From the NCBI RefSeq assembly GCF_000150275.1, contig NW_002060944.1, forward strand, positions 127,614 to 191,613: 64,000 bases of DNA, read 5' to 3'. Below, in pieces: positions 37,601-52,055 of the stretch. Source of the stretch: Trichoplax adhaerens (taxonomy: Eukaryota > Animalia > Placozoa). Positions within the stretch are counted from its first letter, which is position 1, and every line of letters starts with the position of its first letter. The notes under the pieces were generated by a model, which saw nothing but the letters and a program-made list of their open reading frames with translations, did no database searches and had not been told where the DNA came from. Position numbers and translations under genes: made by a program.

Positions 37601-39988
37601 AAGATTATAATAAAATCAAAGTTGAAGTTTGTGAACACTGTAGTGATATGTACTTACTTGCACATTGTCCAGATGATACATAAAACGCACAAAGTATGAA
37701 AATTAGCGCGTATAACTTCATCTTGTCTTAAATAGATTACCCAAACGAATATTTTGTCAGCAAGTGATATATAGTAGAAAAATATGTTTCACCGCGTCCA
37801 GCTGATGATTGTGAATCGGCTGTGGTTATAGATGGTGATCGGCTCTGTCTGTGTTCAAATCTCACTACGAGTGATGATTTTATACTATTGGCTATGTAGG
37901 TCTCCTATGTCGGTAAAAAGGATAAGATCGCAGCTCGTGTTTTCTGTGTCTTGAAAAGGGTAAAATTTATGACGTCAAAGTTATCATAGGAATGTCAATC
38001 TTAAATCGCCAAAGCTATTTCCTGTATTAACCTTGCAGTACGCATTTGTATTAATAAAAGCCCTGTAAATCAACCATTTGTCAGTTATTTTAGCCGTTTC
38101 ATAACTATAAATGAATTTTATATTCTAGGTCGTTTAATGTTGACATTGGTGAGTTCATTAATATTAAAATTTCTTTTGAAATTCTATTTTTGATCTATTT
38201 GTTTTGTAATACAGTTAAGAGGAAAATTTTCACAACACTTTCATTAAATGCCATTATTTCTTGGCTAAGCTGATAAGCTACGTCACTTTTCATAGGCCTT
38301 ACTTACCTACAGATGATATTTTGCGAAATAATCACCTCTCCAATACACTCGAAATTAGTCTAGAGACTAGTCATTCGAGTTGGGAGCAAAAATGTGCACT
38401 ATGTTATGTTCCATTCATAATTAAATCTTAAACTAAATATCTAATCAAGAATGAGTCTACTTGCGATTAGTAACTATAACCTTAAATTGATAATCGTACT
38501 TGATTATTTATAGTCTGCGGTGATACTCAAGTGAAACCAAATTTTGTTTATTTCCTACAGCATATAGTAGACGTAAATTACATTAATTGCTAGTGCCACC
38601 GCTGTCATATACCTGAATCATTTATTTAATGTATTAGCAAGCGTTTGCACTAAAATTACTTATGCATCAAATACGGATTAATATGCAAACTGATCATGAT
38701 TAGTGTAGATTTATAAAGAATTAAGCTCAATATTTGAGTAATGGGCAGTCGTATATCGAAAACTCCCAACTGTAAAAACAATAAATCGACTTAAAGTTAA
38801 AAGTTATGTTTCATTGGATGACTATATTTACATTTCGATCTTTTCATTATTAAATTGAATTAATAAGGTTGCTGTTTAGTTTTATTGCAAGTTCTTACTC
38901 AAATTATTTCACTTACAGCTATCTAATATGGTTTCTGATTCTAGATTAAGTGATTTGCATAAAATTTTAGGTTATTGTACCCTTGCTAATGAACGGATAG
39001 TACGTAGTGGTAATCTTAATAACGTTGATGTCGGAATTCTCTTACATAGTGAATTACGTTACACAAGTAATCGCTTAATTAATCGAATGCGATAGTGTTA
39101 GAATAGGTAAATTTACGAGTAGAACTGTAGTGTAAGTGGTAGTAACACTGATTAATATTGCCTGTGGTGTGCAGTAGAAATTAGAGTTATTAGAATAGCT
39201 TAGAGTAAACCCGATATCTCATTTCCCTGAATTAAAATTAATCCTTGTAGCTTGCCGTCGTGTTTCATGGTGTATTATAAGAATGAGCAATCTGGACATG
39301 ATAATCTTTCAGCATTGCTAAGCGAATACTCGAATATCTTTCAAATATCAATAACGTTACGTCATCTTTATACACTTTGTGCTAGATGCTTTCGATAGCA
39401 GTATCAGAAGTAGCTACTTCCAAATAATTATCCCCCAGTAATTTTGATCTAAGAAATGAAACATTTTGGCGCATACATATAACTGCATCACATTTAGGCT
39501 GATCTCGATAGATAGCGCTAACATCATTGTATATGGTTGCAACGTTGAACTGATGGTTATTAACAGTCTTAATCTAAATGTTACGGCATCTGGGAAACGT
39601 GAATAAGGCCTCTTCGCATCTAAATTGAAAACGGTAAACTTTCGCTAAATAGCTATACAAATCACCCTATTGCTTTATTCTTTTATAAAAATTTTAAAAT
39701 TTATGATGATTTTAAGCTTAAATTTTCGTTACGTGAGTGAATATCATCTTATTTTGATTAGTAACACTATGCATTTCCGATCTGAAGGTAAAAATTTGCA
39801 GTACACAAACTAATTATAATTATCGGCACCTACCTTTACCATGCGATGAATTTCAGATCTCTCATACATCACCATAGCTTTGTTGTTTGTGGATTAGCAA
39901 TAATGCACCATTACAATTCTTTTTTTGGGTTTTAGGATAGTACTACGCTTGTATTGTAAACGAGTAAAGCTTAAATATAATAAGAATT

Positions 39989-40020
39989 CTATTACTATAC
40001 TATTACTATTATTACTATTA
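39989..40020. repeat. (TACTAT/TAT)n microsatellite
   Basis: CTATTACTATACTATTACTATTATTACTATTA. Confidence 0.7.
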
Positions 40021-40049
40021 CTAGTAAAGTTCCCGTTCATATGAACGGG
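40021..40049 (-). mobile_element. Candidate Helitron-type 3' terminus (hairpin followed by CTAG|T)
   Basis: Perfect 18-bp palindrome CCCGTTCATATGAACGGG at 40032-40049; on the minus strand it is followed by AACTTTA-CTAG then T, so the terminus lies 11 nt beyond the hairpin. Confidence 0.4.
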
Positions 40050-42050
40050 TATATATTCTACATAAAGCAAAACATTGAAAGAAAATTCACAGCCAGATTA
40101 TTTCTTACTACTTTATATATGCTTCTTCTAGGAGCTACACTGCTAGATCAAGTCCGTAGAATTAATACATTATTCATATAAACTATTTATGTTAAGAATC
40201 ATCTGAAACATATGTATTGCACATGTGCATTCTGTTCGTGTGTATAGTGATGAGATATTAAGGGGTATATTTTTGATCAACAGCTTAATAATATTATTAC
40301 TTTATATCCTTGAACATATGAGCCGGTTCTAATACGCTTTATTACGTAGTGTTGAAACATTAGATAATAGAGTAACGTGAAATTTATTATGAAGCGAATT
40401 CTCGTAAACTTTAAATTTCGACATCCAATATTTTTAAGATTGCAATACGAAGATTGAATTTTATAGCATTTCTTAGCATTAACTTCACTCCAAATTCTAA
40501 ATATTATTGTTAGAATATAAGATTATTATTATCTTTGACATCATCACATCACTGAGTACATTTATTCCAAATGAAAGTATTACTTTTAAGAGAATAACAA
40601 GTGCCAAATTTTATCGCTATACAGTATCAGATTTTATGCCATCGCCATATAAATTTCCAGTATTTGTAATTATGATTGGTAGATCCTATCTCTAATCGGA
40701 TATTGATATATAAGCATAAAAGTGTAATTGAGATTTACAGTTAGTCATTCATATTTATTGTAATTTATGCACCAATGATTGTTCTTTTAATTTGGTGCCC
40801 ATCGATATTATCAATAATTTTATTTATACTGCTGATAATTAATTTATATTCTGTTTTATAGAACTAATTGTTAGAATATTAAATCGTACTGATAATTTTA
40901 AAGTGGGCTTCTCCGCTGAGTTAAGCAGATCCCTAGCCTTGTAGCTAGTAAATTAGACGACAGTATTGATAATTTAGAATAAATGGTGTTCTTCCCATAA
41001 TTAAATAGCGTAGTTCGCGTGTACTTTTTTACGTTTACGTTAACTTATCAGAATCCCGCTCTTACATACGGATTAAAATCTCGTTTGGTAAGAAAATATA
41101 ATTACATGAGAATTTCTCTTCGATTACTATTATTACTGTACCGCTACGTTGGTACTAATATCTAGAAATAATCTAGAGTAGAGTTATTAGGCAATCTATT
41201 GTACTATCAAGGAACTGCCCTTCCTGTGAGGGTATCTTGCTAACTACGGTAAAACTGTTAAGACACAATATTGATTGAAGGTTCGACATACTGTAAACTG
41301 AATCAATATAACAGTTAATCAAGATGGCGACAGATCAGTCATGCTAAGGAAAGTAGGCATAATTCAACGTATGATTGCTTCTAAATATTGCTTTTGCTAT
41401 CCTGCAACGTACTATTGCTTTAAGATACCGTGCGACGTCTACAAGGGTCATTAGCAGCTACGAGAGTAGAAACGGCAGAGATAAAGTTATCGCAGTAATG
41501 TAAAACCAGCATGTTATGAACAATTTTGTGCTAAAGGCAACTGAATAATGTAGTAAGCTCATTTCGGTCACATATCATCGAGTTCTAAAGATAATTTTAT
41601 TCCATAACGACGTCATAGGGTTAATCATCCTTAACGGTTACTGGATATAATATTAGTCCAAAGCCCAACTAATAAAAACAAGTCATTTACTAAATTACAT
41701 ACTCACTACAAATATCATAATAAGCATAAGTGCATTGTTTCGTTTTTATATAAGATTATTTGATAACAAGATACAGATGGCTGTTGTACATATAATCATA
41801 AACCTTTCTAAGTATAAGCACGATATACCAGTAAAATTTTTTTGAAAGAGATATGCCAATTTAATTAAGAATACATTGTAAACACAACAAGGCATTAAAT
41901 GATACCTTTTATAATGAATATACTTTACTATTTTTCTTGAACAACATCACATTACGATAATAGAAAGGACTACGTACGGTACTTAAAGTAGAACTACAAC
42001 TAATAATGTGTTATAATTCAGGGTATACTTCAGTGCTCAAAGTGATTCAT

Positions 42051-45000
42051 TTATAGTTCATCACGTGGTTTATCTTCTTTTGCTTCATCGCCTGCATCTA
42101 TATCGCCTTCATCGTCTTGGAGTTCTTCTGTTACACCTTCCGATTTACCCATCCCTTTACCACCAGAAGTAACAAAGTTCGCCAAAGCATCTAATCCACG
42201 TTCACCACTATATTGGATTTGTTCCTAGAAAATGTATGGATGAGAATAAGACCATCTCGATATAGCTTACGAATATACGATTTGACAATACTGCACAATC
42301 ATACAATCTCCAATATGCCAAAAGTTAATTAAACTACCTTATTTTCTCCAGCAGGGAAGTATATTAAAGTTGGGAAACTACGAATAGCGACATCTTCCAC
42401 TTCATTGGCAGTCGAATCTATTTTAGCTATGACTACGTTTTTGTCATCCTGGAATTTTTCTCCTAATTTGTCCCAAATTGGAGCTAATTCCTTACAATGT
42501 CCACACCAAGGAGCATCTAGATTTTAAGCAATCATTGCAGCAATTACAGACGCAAAATTAGTGCTCATTAAATACACTTTTGGTACTACAGCAAAATATC
42601 ATTTGTTGGAGAGTACAATTACAGCATTAAACTTACAAAATTCAACAAAGACTGCTTTTTTGGGATCTTTGGCTACAGCATCGAAATTTTTACCAACCAA
42701 AACTTTTACTGGTTTTGCATCCCAATCTTCGGGCACATCTTCCGACTTGAAGTGTTGCTAATTTAATAAACATAAACGTCACTAGCGTCGGATATCAATA
42801 TGCAGTTTAGGCACCATTTACTATACAAGACTCATAATCGCGATGCTTACCTTGACTTTCCCGTCAACAAAGTCTCCAACAAACTTTTTAAGGTTCTCTT
42901 CGTTAAATTCTTCAAAATTTGGTCTAAATTTTTTCATATCACTTTCTTCCATTTTGATAATTCTAACATTAGTTTTCTGTAAATTAAAAGAAGTTAAATT
43001 ATGCATAACTACGAACGAACGTTATAAACGTGATAATAAATTTCAAGATTATGATTCGTACATCCTCTTTCTTGATATCGAAAAATTCTGCAAGACGTTC
43101 ATTTTGCTCATCGTCCATGTCCACGTAAATGAATAACATCTGCAGGATTAGATAAGAGACAATTACGTAAAAAATAACGAAATAAAATATGGAAGGTAAT
43201 ACTAATCATGAAAGTATACGTAAGAATATAAGTACCTCCATCCTAAATTCTGTAGCAACTTTTTTCAGGGCAGCTACACCTTTATTGAAGTTTTCCTCAT
43301 CTTTTTTACCAATAAATAGAAGCAAATGAGTCTTGACGTCACTACCGAAAATCTTGGGTGCATTCTATATAAACAACAGAAAAGATAATATATAAAGACC
43401 TGCTCATAAGCATTTTTATTCAATGATTTGTAAAGGACGTTTTAATGCATTAAAAATTACTTCTTGAGTAAATTCGTTGATTAAAGGTAAGGCAAAAATA
43501 CGAGCAAACTTAAGAATATTCTCCTTTGTCATCCAGCCTTTAAATTCTTCAGCATCGCTATCCTAAAATGTTCCAAATAAAGAATGTAATTTATCTGTTG
43601 AATATTGTATACCTAATCAATATTGCCAGATCGTTGATAACTAATTCTATAGTAAGACAGCATTACTACGTACTTTTTTGTACATAATTATGTTTTCCAT
43701 TTCGATCTTTAGTCCAGCTGCAACTTCAGGGTTGTTAACGAGGGCCCAGGTAACAGCATCCACTTCTTCTGCTGCTGCAATAAAGTCTTTGGGCGTAGCT
43801 TGATCCAAATCACGAAATAAACCAAGTACCACGACGTCATTCTCATTTTTTAGCTTTTCGAGTTGTTCAGAACTTTCAACAGAAACATAAATAGGTCCAG
43901 TCTTTTTCTTTAACCAGCGAACAATACCGTCAGCATCACGATTTCCTTTTAGTAAATTTCAAAATTTAATAACACCATAGAAATAGTAAAAACAGGATTT
44001 TTAAATTATTTATTGATTACATTCACTGGAGGAAAGTTATGTCGAGAATATTATTGTACGGCGTACTGTATTATGCTAGAATAACATTGTGCATCATTTG
44101 TGTAATGCCGGAAATTGCTTTCTCCCTGGTAAAAGCCCCATAGTAATTATTAGCCTTAACCGATCATTTCTATTTATTGCTGGGGTCCAGTAAATAGTCT
44201 ACGTATGTTGTTAACGAAACTAAAAAAAAATCAATCTAAACATATTAATATCCATCCATGTTCACGTATGAGCTGATCAATAACGATCTGTCGGTTCTAT
44301 TTCAGTACAATTTCGTTGTCAAAGCACTTCATATAATAGGAAGGTTATAGTTGCTTCATTCAATCTATCGTATTACGTCGCCACTGTTCACGTACAATTA
44401 ATTATTATTGAATTGTAACTTATAATAAATGTTTACAAGTGAAAACTGCGCAATGAAATGTCGTTATTCTCATACGGGAGTGGGTAACATTTCTCAATTT
44501 GGTTAAAATGATAAAATAAATAGAAATTTCGATAAATGAACTGCAGTATGTCATTAACGTAGCATAACTTAGTAGTAACGTCAAGGACAGAATACGTACA
44601 GTATAAGGTCTATCTGTGCTTAAAGAGCGTTGGTTGTAAACTCGTGCTGAACAATAGAATTTTCATTTATTCAGCTTATTATAATCATTTATACAGATGG
44701 CGATTAAATAGTAATCTACTGTACGTATACCAAAATAGCACTTTGCATTGCTATTGTATTCCATTGGACAATAATGAACCAAAGCAAGTGAGTGCAGCTA
44801 TTTACTACACTGACTGGAGATGGTCCGAATGGTATGAAACAAAACGATCATCAAGTATTGTTGATTAGCTTTCGAATGTAAATGAAGTATTTATCACTAT
44901 AAAATAAGGTGCCTGCTTCATGAGTAAACCTTCATTTTTTGATGATTACAGAACGTATTATCTATTCATAGAATTTATTTATGCAAATGTTATCGATTAC

Positions 45001-47246
45001 AGATTTGGAGTAAAACAGTTGCATAAGAACAAAAACTGGTGTAAATCCTGTCCATAGTAAGATCGATCTCAATTTCCTTGTAGGATGACATGATATTATC
45101 CTAAGACTGAAATCAACTATGAGTCTATAAGATTTTATTGGTAGATTTTATGCTTCGTTTCGTAGCTGGGAAAGCAGGGTACGCTGGCGTACAAATATAT
45201 AATTACAATAAAACGAATAAATAACACCGTCGCGATTGCGAAGCAGTGTTGTTTAGTGTAATAATCATCTTACCATTGTACTTAATTTTCTTTCCATCCT
45301 TGAAAAAAAATAAGGTAGGATAACCTTGTACTTCATGTTGTTGTGCTAATGAGCTCTCGACGGTAGCGTCAACTTTAGCTAGCCTAATTTCTGACTTTTC
45401 CTCCATCAAGACATCAGCAGCCTTGGCATATTCTGGTGCTAAATTTTTGCAATGTCCACACCAAGGTGCATCTGCATCCCGTTACATTATTATCCATATC
45501 AGTAGCACAGGTGGTCCATCAACAATGTATCAAAGGATATGAAACAAATAAAATATTCACCATTCAATCTATGAAGTTGAAAGGCATCAATTTACATGTA
45601 TTATACTGTTCATAAATAATCACAGTAATCATTTCATGATAGTGTCACTTTATATAAGTCGCAACGTAACATTCTTACTCGTAGTCTAAAAGAAGTGCCT
45701 ATGGCATTGCACACGTGGTACTGCTATTCCAAAATGGCTGTGATAAAATTAGCATAATGTGTGGTTAAATTTTCCCCAAATGTATAAGTTGCTTTACAAT
45801 GCACCTACAAATGGGGATTGATGCCTTTTCTATCACGGCAACGCTATTTAAGTATTTTGTTACCATCAGCAACTTCATGATTCCCCTTTTTACCCTTATG
45901 TCGTGGGTAACCACAAAGCAATTCAATGCTACAGAGCTGATGAAACAAAAGCCTACGCGATTACTCAATTTTCGATACTGCCATACATGTTTGCAATAAT
46001 CATACAGTATAGTAAATAACTATCAAAAATGAATTCAGAGTATTGGTGTCGCTCGCTTTAGAGTACACCGATCTCCAATGTAAGATGCAATTCATCGATC
46101 CAAGAAAGAAGGTACGACCTTCTATAACTTTATGCTATGATGAATGAATGACTCATTATCTCCTACTATTACAGAAATGATTATGATATCGTCCATGTTG
46201 ATTGAACGATAAAAGTGAAGTAGCTCGACGATTATCCTTTCAGTCTGTTAGGCAAAATAACTTCTTAAGTAATTGGTTGTTTCTCAAGGACGAGATTACA
46301 ATACATTGTCCTCAATAACACCTTAATAAGATCAAATAATTCAGTCATCAATGGTTATTGTCGGTCGCTGTTTCGTCCATTGCATCGTCATCCGCTAATT
46401 AACTATTTATTAAGTGAAATAATCATTTACGGTAATGATACCATCTCTGTCTATATAGACGCGTAAGAAAGTAGATAGCTTACCATGGGTATCACTACTT
46501 TAACAATAAGATGGCACCTATTACAGGATCATCGTATTTCAATACCAAGCTATTTGCTTGTTATTACCATGCCAATCAAGTAGTACATATCATGAGCCGC
46601 CATAGATTCGATTGTACCGGAAAGTTGACTAAGGTAGTTTCATATTCAAGTCGCTACGTCCTAGTAGCCGATAGTAGACTTATCGACACTCGTTCACTTG
46701 ACAGTCGGACTCGACGACGATCCTACTGTAAATATACACACGCTGACGCAAGACTCTCTGCGACACTGTGTACCAACAACGGAATACACCATAATAAGGA
46801 AGTTAAAAAAAAAATGGACCATGAATAGCATAGGGTAATCAGGAGCTCTTTTATCGAACTCGATTCCACTTGTGCTATCGTCACGACAAGTTGTTGTCAC
46901 TTATGGAAAAGGAAGCAGAATGAATAAAAAAAGAAAGTGTAAACTGCCTAAAGAGGGAGCAGAGCTATTCACTATTCTCCAAATCTTTTACAAATGAAGA
47001 AATGGAAAAATACAAAAGCGCATGGTATCCCCTTAGCCCTACTGCAATCCTATTCCATTTACATGGCTACAACAATGTCAAAGAAAACATGACTGACTTA
47101 CAAAATTCAACTAATAAATATTTATGCTGGTCCAATGTTTCTTTGAAATTGTCGGTGGTGACGACGAGGACATTTTTATCTGCCACATCTTCAGCCATGG
47201 CCAATGAAAGGCACATCAATGAGAAAAGAATGAGTGTAGTCTTCAT
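42051..47246 (-). CDS. P4HB: Protein disulfide-isomerase (PDIA1/P4HB type), ~507 aa, 10 coding exons
   Basis: Exons (-): 47246-47102, 45471-45274, 43945-43674, 43562-43461, 43364-43236, 43139-43062, 42976-42851, 42757-42637, 42516-42338, 42224-42051. Signal peptide [18 protein letters not shown], two APWCGHCK sites, [25 protein letters not shown], acidic tail ending RDEL*. Probable 5'UTR intron 47286-47380. Confidence 0.95.
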
Positions 47247-47501
47247 TTTTAATCGGTCAACTCTTGCCACTTTACCTTTCTATACCTAGAACTAGTCAAA
47301 GAGAAATAAGATACAGCATCAACTATTGGGTTCTTTTCCTATGTTGCCATCCAAACTTGCTTGCAACGACATTAACTTACCTTTCAAGTCTTAATGTCGC
47401 AATGATTGGATAGGACGTTAAGACACTTCCAAGTCGTGCAACTGTTGAGGATGGACTCGACGTAGTGCGGAAAATATGAACTGGTAGGGGCTATGGAACC
47501 C

Positions 47502-47513
47502 TGCGCTTGCGCA
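47502..47513. promoter_or_regulatory. NRF1-like site TGCGCTTGCGCA in the PDI promoter
   Basis: Fits GCGC-NN-GCGC; lies 11 bp from the ERSE. Confidence 0.4.
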
Positions 47514-47524
47514 TTGTAAAAACT

Positions 47525-47543
47525 CGTGGAAGGATTTGATTGG
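47525..47543 (-). promoter_or_regulatory. ER stress response element ERSE-I (CCAAT-N9-CCACG)
   Basis: The minus strand reads CCAAT CAAATCCTT CCACG, an exact consensus ~280 bp upstream of the PDI ATG. Further CCAAT boxes at 47405-47409 and 47558-47562. Confidence 0.8.
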
Positions 47544-47685
47544 TAGACAGATTGACGATTGGGGGTGGAGTGTTGTGTTGAAAAACAGACACAGCAAGCG
47601 ATACTGTGGCAACATCTCCATTTGCATCATGACACAGCACCCGGAAAATGGACTGTTGACGAAACGAGAACAATAACATCCGTAC

Positions 47686-48410
47686 CAGTACAGTGTACAG
47701 TACAGAACTGGTACAGTGGACAGCAAGTTGGTACAGTAGTGTACTGTACACTGTACACTGTACAGTAGTCCATGAAGTTGGTTGGAAAATTCAAGTAGTG
47801 CTGTTTACCTCCTATTTTCCATACTAGTCACCAGTGCAATATTGTGATCAGTTACTTTATTAATGTCATTGTGAATCAACACTAAGATTCTAGGCAGTCC
47901 ATGCAGTCCTGTGTAGCATGGATTACTCCAAAAAAGCCTTTTTGGACTAGTCCACGCATGTACTGTATGCAGTTGTCAGAAAGGCAAGGAAACGTACAGT
48001 ACAGAACTGTCACTGTACTGTACAGTGTACAGTGTACAGTACCGTACAGTAGCAGTACTGTACACTGTACAGTACAGAACTGGGACAGTGGACAGCAAGT
48101 TGGTTCAGCACATTATAGTAGTTAATGAAGTTGGTTGGAAAATTCAAGTAGTGCTGTTTACCTCTTATTTTCCATACTAGTCACCAGTGCAATATTGTGG
48201 TCAGTTAGTTTATTGATGTCATTGCGAATCAACACTAAGATTCTAGGCAGTCCATGCAGTCCTGTGTAGCATGGATTACTAGCCTTTTTGGAGCAGTCCG
48301 CGCATGTGCTGTATGCAGTTAGTCAGAAAGGCTAGGAAACGTACAGGACTGACACTGTACAGTGTACAGTGTACAGTACTGTACACTATGGCTACAGTAC
48401 AGTACTGTAC
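47686..48410. repeat. Tandem duplication (~350-370 bp unit) bounded by TACAGT/ACTGTA arrays, upstream of PDI
   Basis: TACAGAACTGG.ACAGTGGACAGCAAGTTGGT at 47701 and 48073; ATGAAGTTGGTTGGAAAATTCAAGTAGTGCTG...GCATGGATTACT nearly identical at 47772 and 48125. Confidence 0.9.
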
Positions 48411-51322
48411 ACATCAGGCGGAGACTTGCAGGCGCTGCCGAAAAATGCTCAGTGTAATGCTAATGTGCCAGCTGGTGACATGGCTATACTACTCACGATA
48501 CTGAGTGGAAATTGCGGAATCAGACGCGGTGACGTCGAACCCCCTATGCTGCACTTCGACTTGATCGCAAGTTGATTAATTGCTTTTGGAAAATAGGAGA
48601 ACTGCTAGTAAATAGTATGCTGACTATCATGCTGTACTCGATACTACTTGAAATGAATGGATGAAAGCATTTTTAGACCCTATTACAGTCAATCATAATT
48701 CCGATATCATCATGGTCGTTGCTGCGTTAGGTAGTCGTCTTGACAAACTTAGCAGCTAACTGTTGTCATCAACGACCACAGCAGTTTTTCATCCTTGAAG
48801 GGAACCCCCCTTGATTGCTTACCATGGAAAGACAATTTCGGACCTCTAAAAGTAATATTGTTGCAGATCATTCAATAGAGGTGTTATGGGACTAGTATAA
48901 ACTGACACGCAACAACGTTTTCCAGAAGTAGTGCAGTGCAGTCAGTATTCAATAAAACTGTTGCAAAATGGTATATCCCCATAACAAGTCTAGAGTCAAA
49001 GTGATGGCTGTCTTCTTTCGATTAATGTACAGTAAACCATAGTAAGAATTTCGCCTTTTACTGACAATCCATGCTACTTCAACTTGAGATACGTCGTATT
49101 ATCGTACACGATGATCGTAGTAGTCATATATTGGAGAAATGAGAGTGATACTGATGGTAGAGAGTGTTGAAACAGCTCAAGGAGGCTGATCAAGATATCT
49201 CAATCCATACCGACTATGGCTGCTATCACGACCAATACCATCAGAAGAGAGTATGGACACAAAAATAGCCAAACAACTGGAGACTTTATTAATTACTATT
49301 AGTAATCACTCTTTCATAGCAGTTGAATCATTCTTACACCATTCACTTATCCCTGACGGCACTTTATTACTATCAAAATTCTTCTAATTGAATTAAATCA
49401 TGGAAATTCAATTGAATACAGAAACCGGGTAATTGAACATCTGCTTTGGAAAAATTGGAAAGCCTAACCGAAAAGGATATAAAATGTAGACGTGCAATGT
49501 ATTTCAACATCATTATGGATAAATTTTACTGCTTGGATTTTGTACTTTCTGTCTATGATTACCATTGCAGATGCTATAATTCCAAGTGCTATCATTAGTG
49601 TTATTTAAAAAATTGAAATAATAGAATTATAGAATCACATGAATACGTCATCGGGACATATACAGTAATTAATAAATTGCTTTATATAGTTGTTCATATC
49701 AAATAGATTGTCTGTCATTTTGTATAAAGCAGCTTTTACAGCTCTGCTGACGGAGCATCCTTGACGATCCAGAGTCGATTAGTAAGGGTAAGCTTGTTGC
49801 TATATGACTGCATTGGTACTTATTTAGTTTTTACCAACCAACTATACCGTAGTTCAATATACTTTCAATGAAGCGATTGTTTATGGAAATCCTGCTAATT
49901 AATTATACTTTAATTAAGTGGCAGCAGTTTAGTTAGCATAGGGATGGAATATCAATTTTTAAGCTTAAATTACCCCATTCAAGTTTTGCTTTAGTGAATC
50001 ATTTCAGAACTGTTACAATTCATCAATTGCGTGAATCGACTAAAAGTAAATAAAAGTCTTTGTTGCAACATTTTGCACGAGCTACTTTCACAACATCTAG
50101 AACTTCCTATGATGATATTAAAGTCGTATTGGTATCTGTAGATATAATAAAGTAAATTACAATAGGTAAAGTTGTCCTAATGGCCTTAGGGATTGTCTAT
50201 GAGAGCTTATAGGGAATAAATAGTAGTCGCTACGGGTAGTTCTAGGAATTCGTATTAACGGCTATAGAGTACACGGGTCTATTCGACATGTTTGGTTGAA
50301 CAATTCAGCATTGAGTCAAAATTCAATTGCCTTGCCGAAAGTGAACAAATACAAAATAATTACTTCGATGTTACAAATACTTTACTTATTTCCAAGTTTG
50401 ATCATGTCTTCCATGTTTATTGAAAGAAAGTAGAGTCTCATTTATTCGAGAAATGCTTATGTCCATCTCGCAATGACAGTTTAATATTTTAAATTTTTAT
50501 CGATGTATGTACAGCATAGCCAATTAGCCATTCAAAATAGTGGATTACGTTCTTGACAACCACAATGCATAAATGCAACCTTACTAAAAATGCTTACGTC
50601 CATAAGATATTCTATCCAATTTGGTTAAGAATCAATATATTTTAAGGCCGTGATATATGCCCTGTGAGTGTGAGAATACTGAGAAAATGGATGAAACATG
50701 AACGTTATTCATATCGTTTATTTGGACAGTTTTTATTCGCCAATTGCGCAATTCGCAATACAATAACCGTTAAATTCGTAAATTGTACAATTAATTAGTA
50801 GCCGTATATCTGTATACTTAAGTCTAAATTGAACCCAGATAGAATAATTAATGAGTGTCCAAGTTATTAGTTGTGATAACTTTACTGAACAGACAAAAGA
50901 ATTTATTCAGTGATAATTAAAGATGTCATACTGATGTTCGTAAATACATTCAAAAAGCAACGCCTAGGGTGAAATCTTTATGAATACCACAAACATGCAC
51001 TGTATTCGGATTTATTATAATTTAAGGAATGCAAACATTACGGAATTTCCTACGCCTAGAGCTAGATGGTAACGGTTTATTTCTAATACGAGTATACTGA
51101 ACGCTCTAAATTGTTAAGATACTACTATGCATAGTGCTACTTTAAATTAAGACAATAATATAGCATTCGTATTGATCATCATATATAAAATATCCCATCG
51201 TAGAAATGAAGTAAGCATCAATCAACCTGTCATAAACACAACGAGTTCCTTAGTCTGTATGCACGTTATAACTTTCTGACATTTACAACAGTTTGTCATA
51301 GCAAATAAGTAAGCATTAGTCG

Positions 51323-52055
51323 ATCTACTAGTCCATGGTAGTACAGTAGTGTCTTTCAGGTACAGAATTTATTATTAAGTTTTACAAAAGTATAGAGGGT
51401 CTAAAATCACATTCAATCTTGGCAGTTTCAATATCAAGCAAACTTATGCTATAAAATCTTCAATAGCCTATTGCAATAATTATCCTTAATGAGACTATTT
51501 ATACTTTAGAGCACTAATAGGACGATATTGATAGCGTAATTTTATATGAAATAAATTCGTAACAATCTGATACACCGTACCTCATTTCTGAACTATCGTA
51601 GTAGAAGAATTCCAATTGGCCAACCAAGACGTACAACAATTAATCAACGCCGAAAATGTCGTATGGGATTAAATTATAGGATAAAATTGTCTTATCTACT
51701 AGTCCATAGTAGTACTGTATTTCGGCTACAGAATTTATCATTAAGTTTTACAAAAGTATGGAGGGCCTAAAATTGCACTAAATATATATATATATATAGC
51801 GGTTTCAATACCAAGCAAATTTATGCCATAAAAATCTTCTATAGTCTATCGCAACAATTATCCTTCATTAGACAATCTGTACGTAAAAGCAACAATATGA
51901 CGAAATTGATAGCGTAATATTATATGAAATAAATTCGTAGCAATTTGTTACCCATACTTTCATTTGTAAAATATTGTAGAAAAAGGATTCTAATCGATCG
52001 GCCATGACGTACGACAATTAATTAACACTGAAAATGTCGTATTAGTTTAAATTAT
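51323..52055. repeat. Diverged tandem duplication, ~371 bp unit
   Basis: ATCTACTAGTCCAT...TACAGAATTTAT.ATTAAGTTTTACAAAAGTAT...GAAAATGTCGTAT at 51323 and 51694; copy 2 carries a (TA)n insertion at ~51782-51798. Confidence 0.88.

Noticed and set aside
47418-48575. ORFs with VQYCTV-like repeats upstream of PDI
   Set aside because: Low-complexity promoter arrays and a tandem duplication, not coding.
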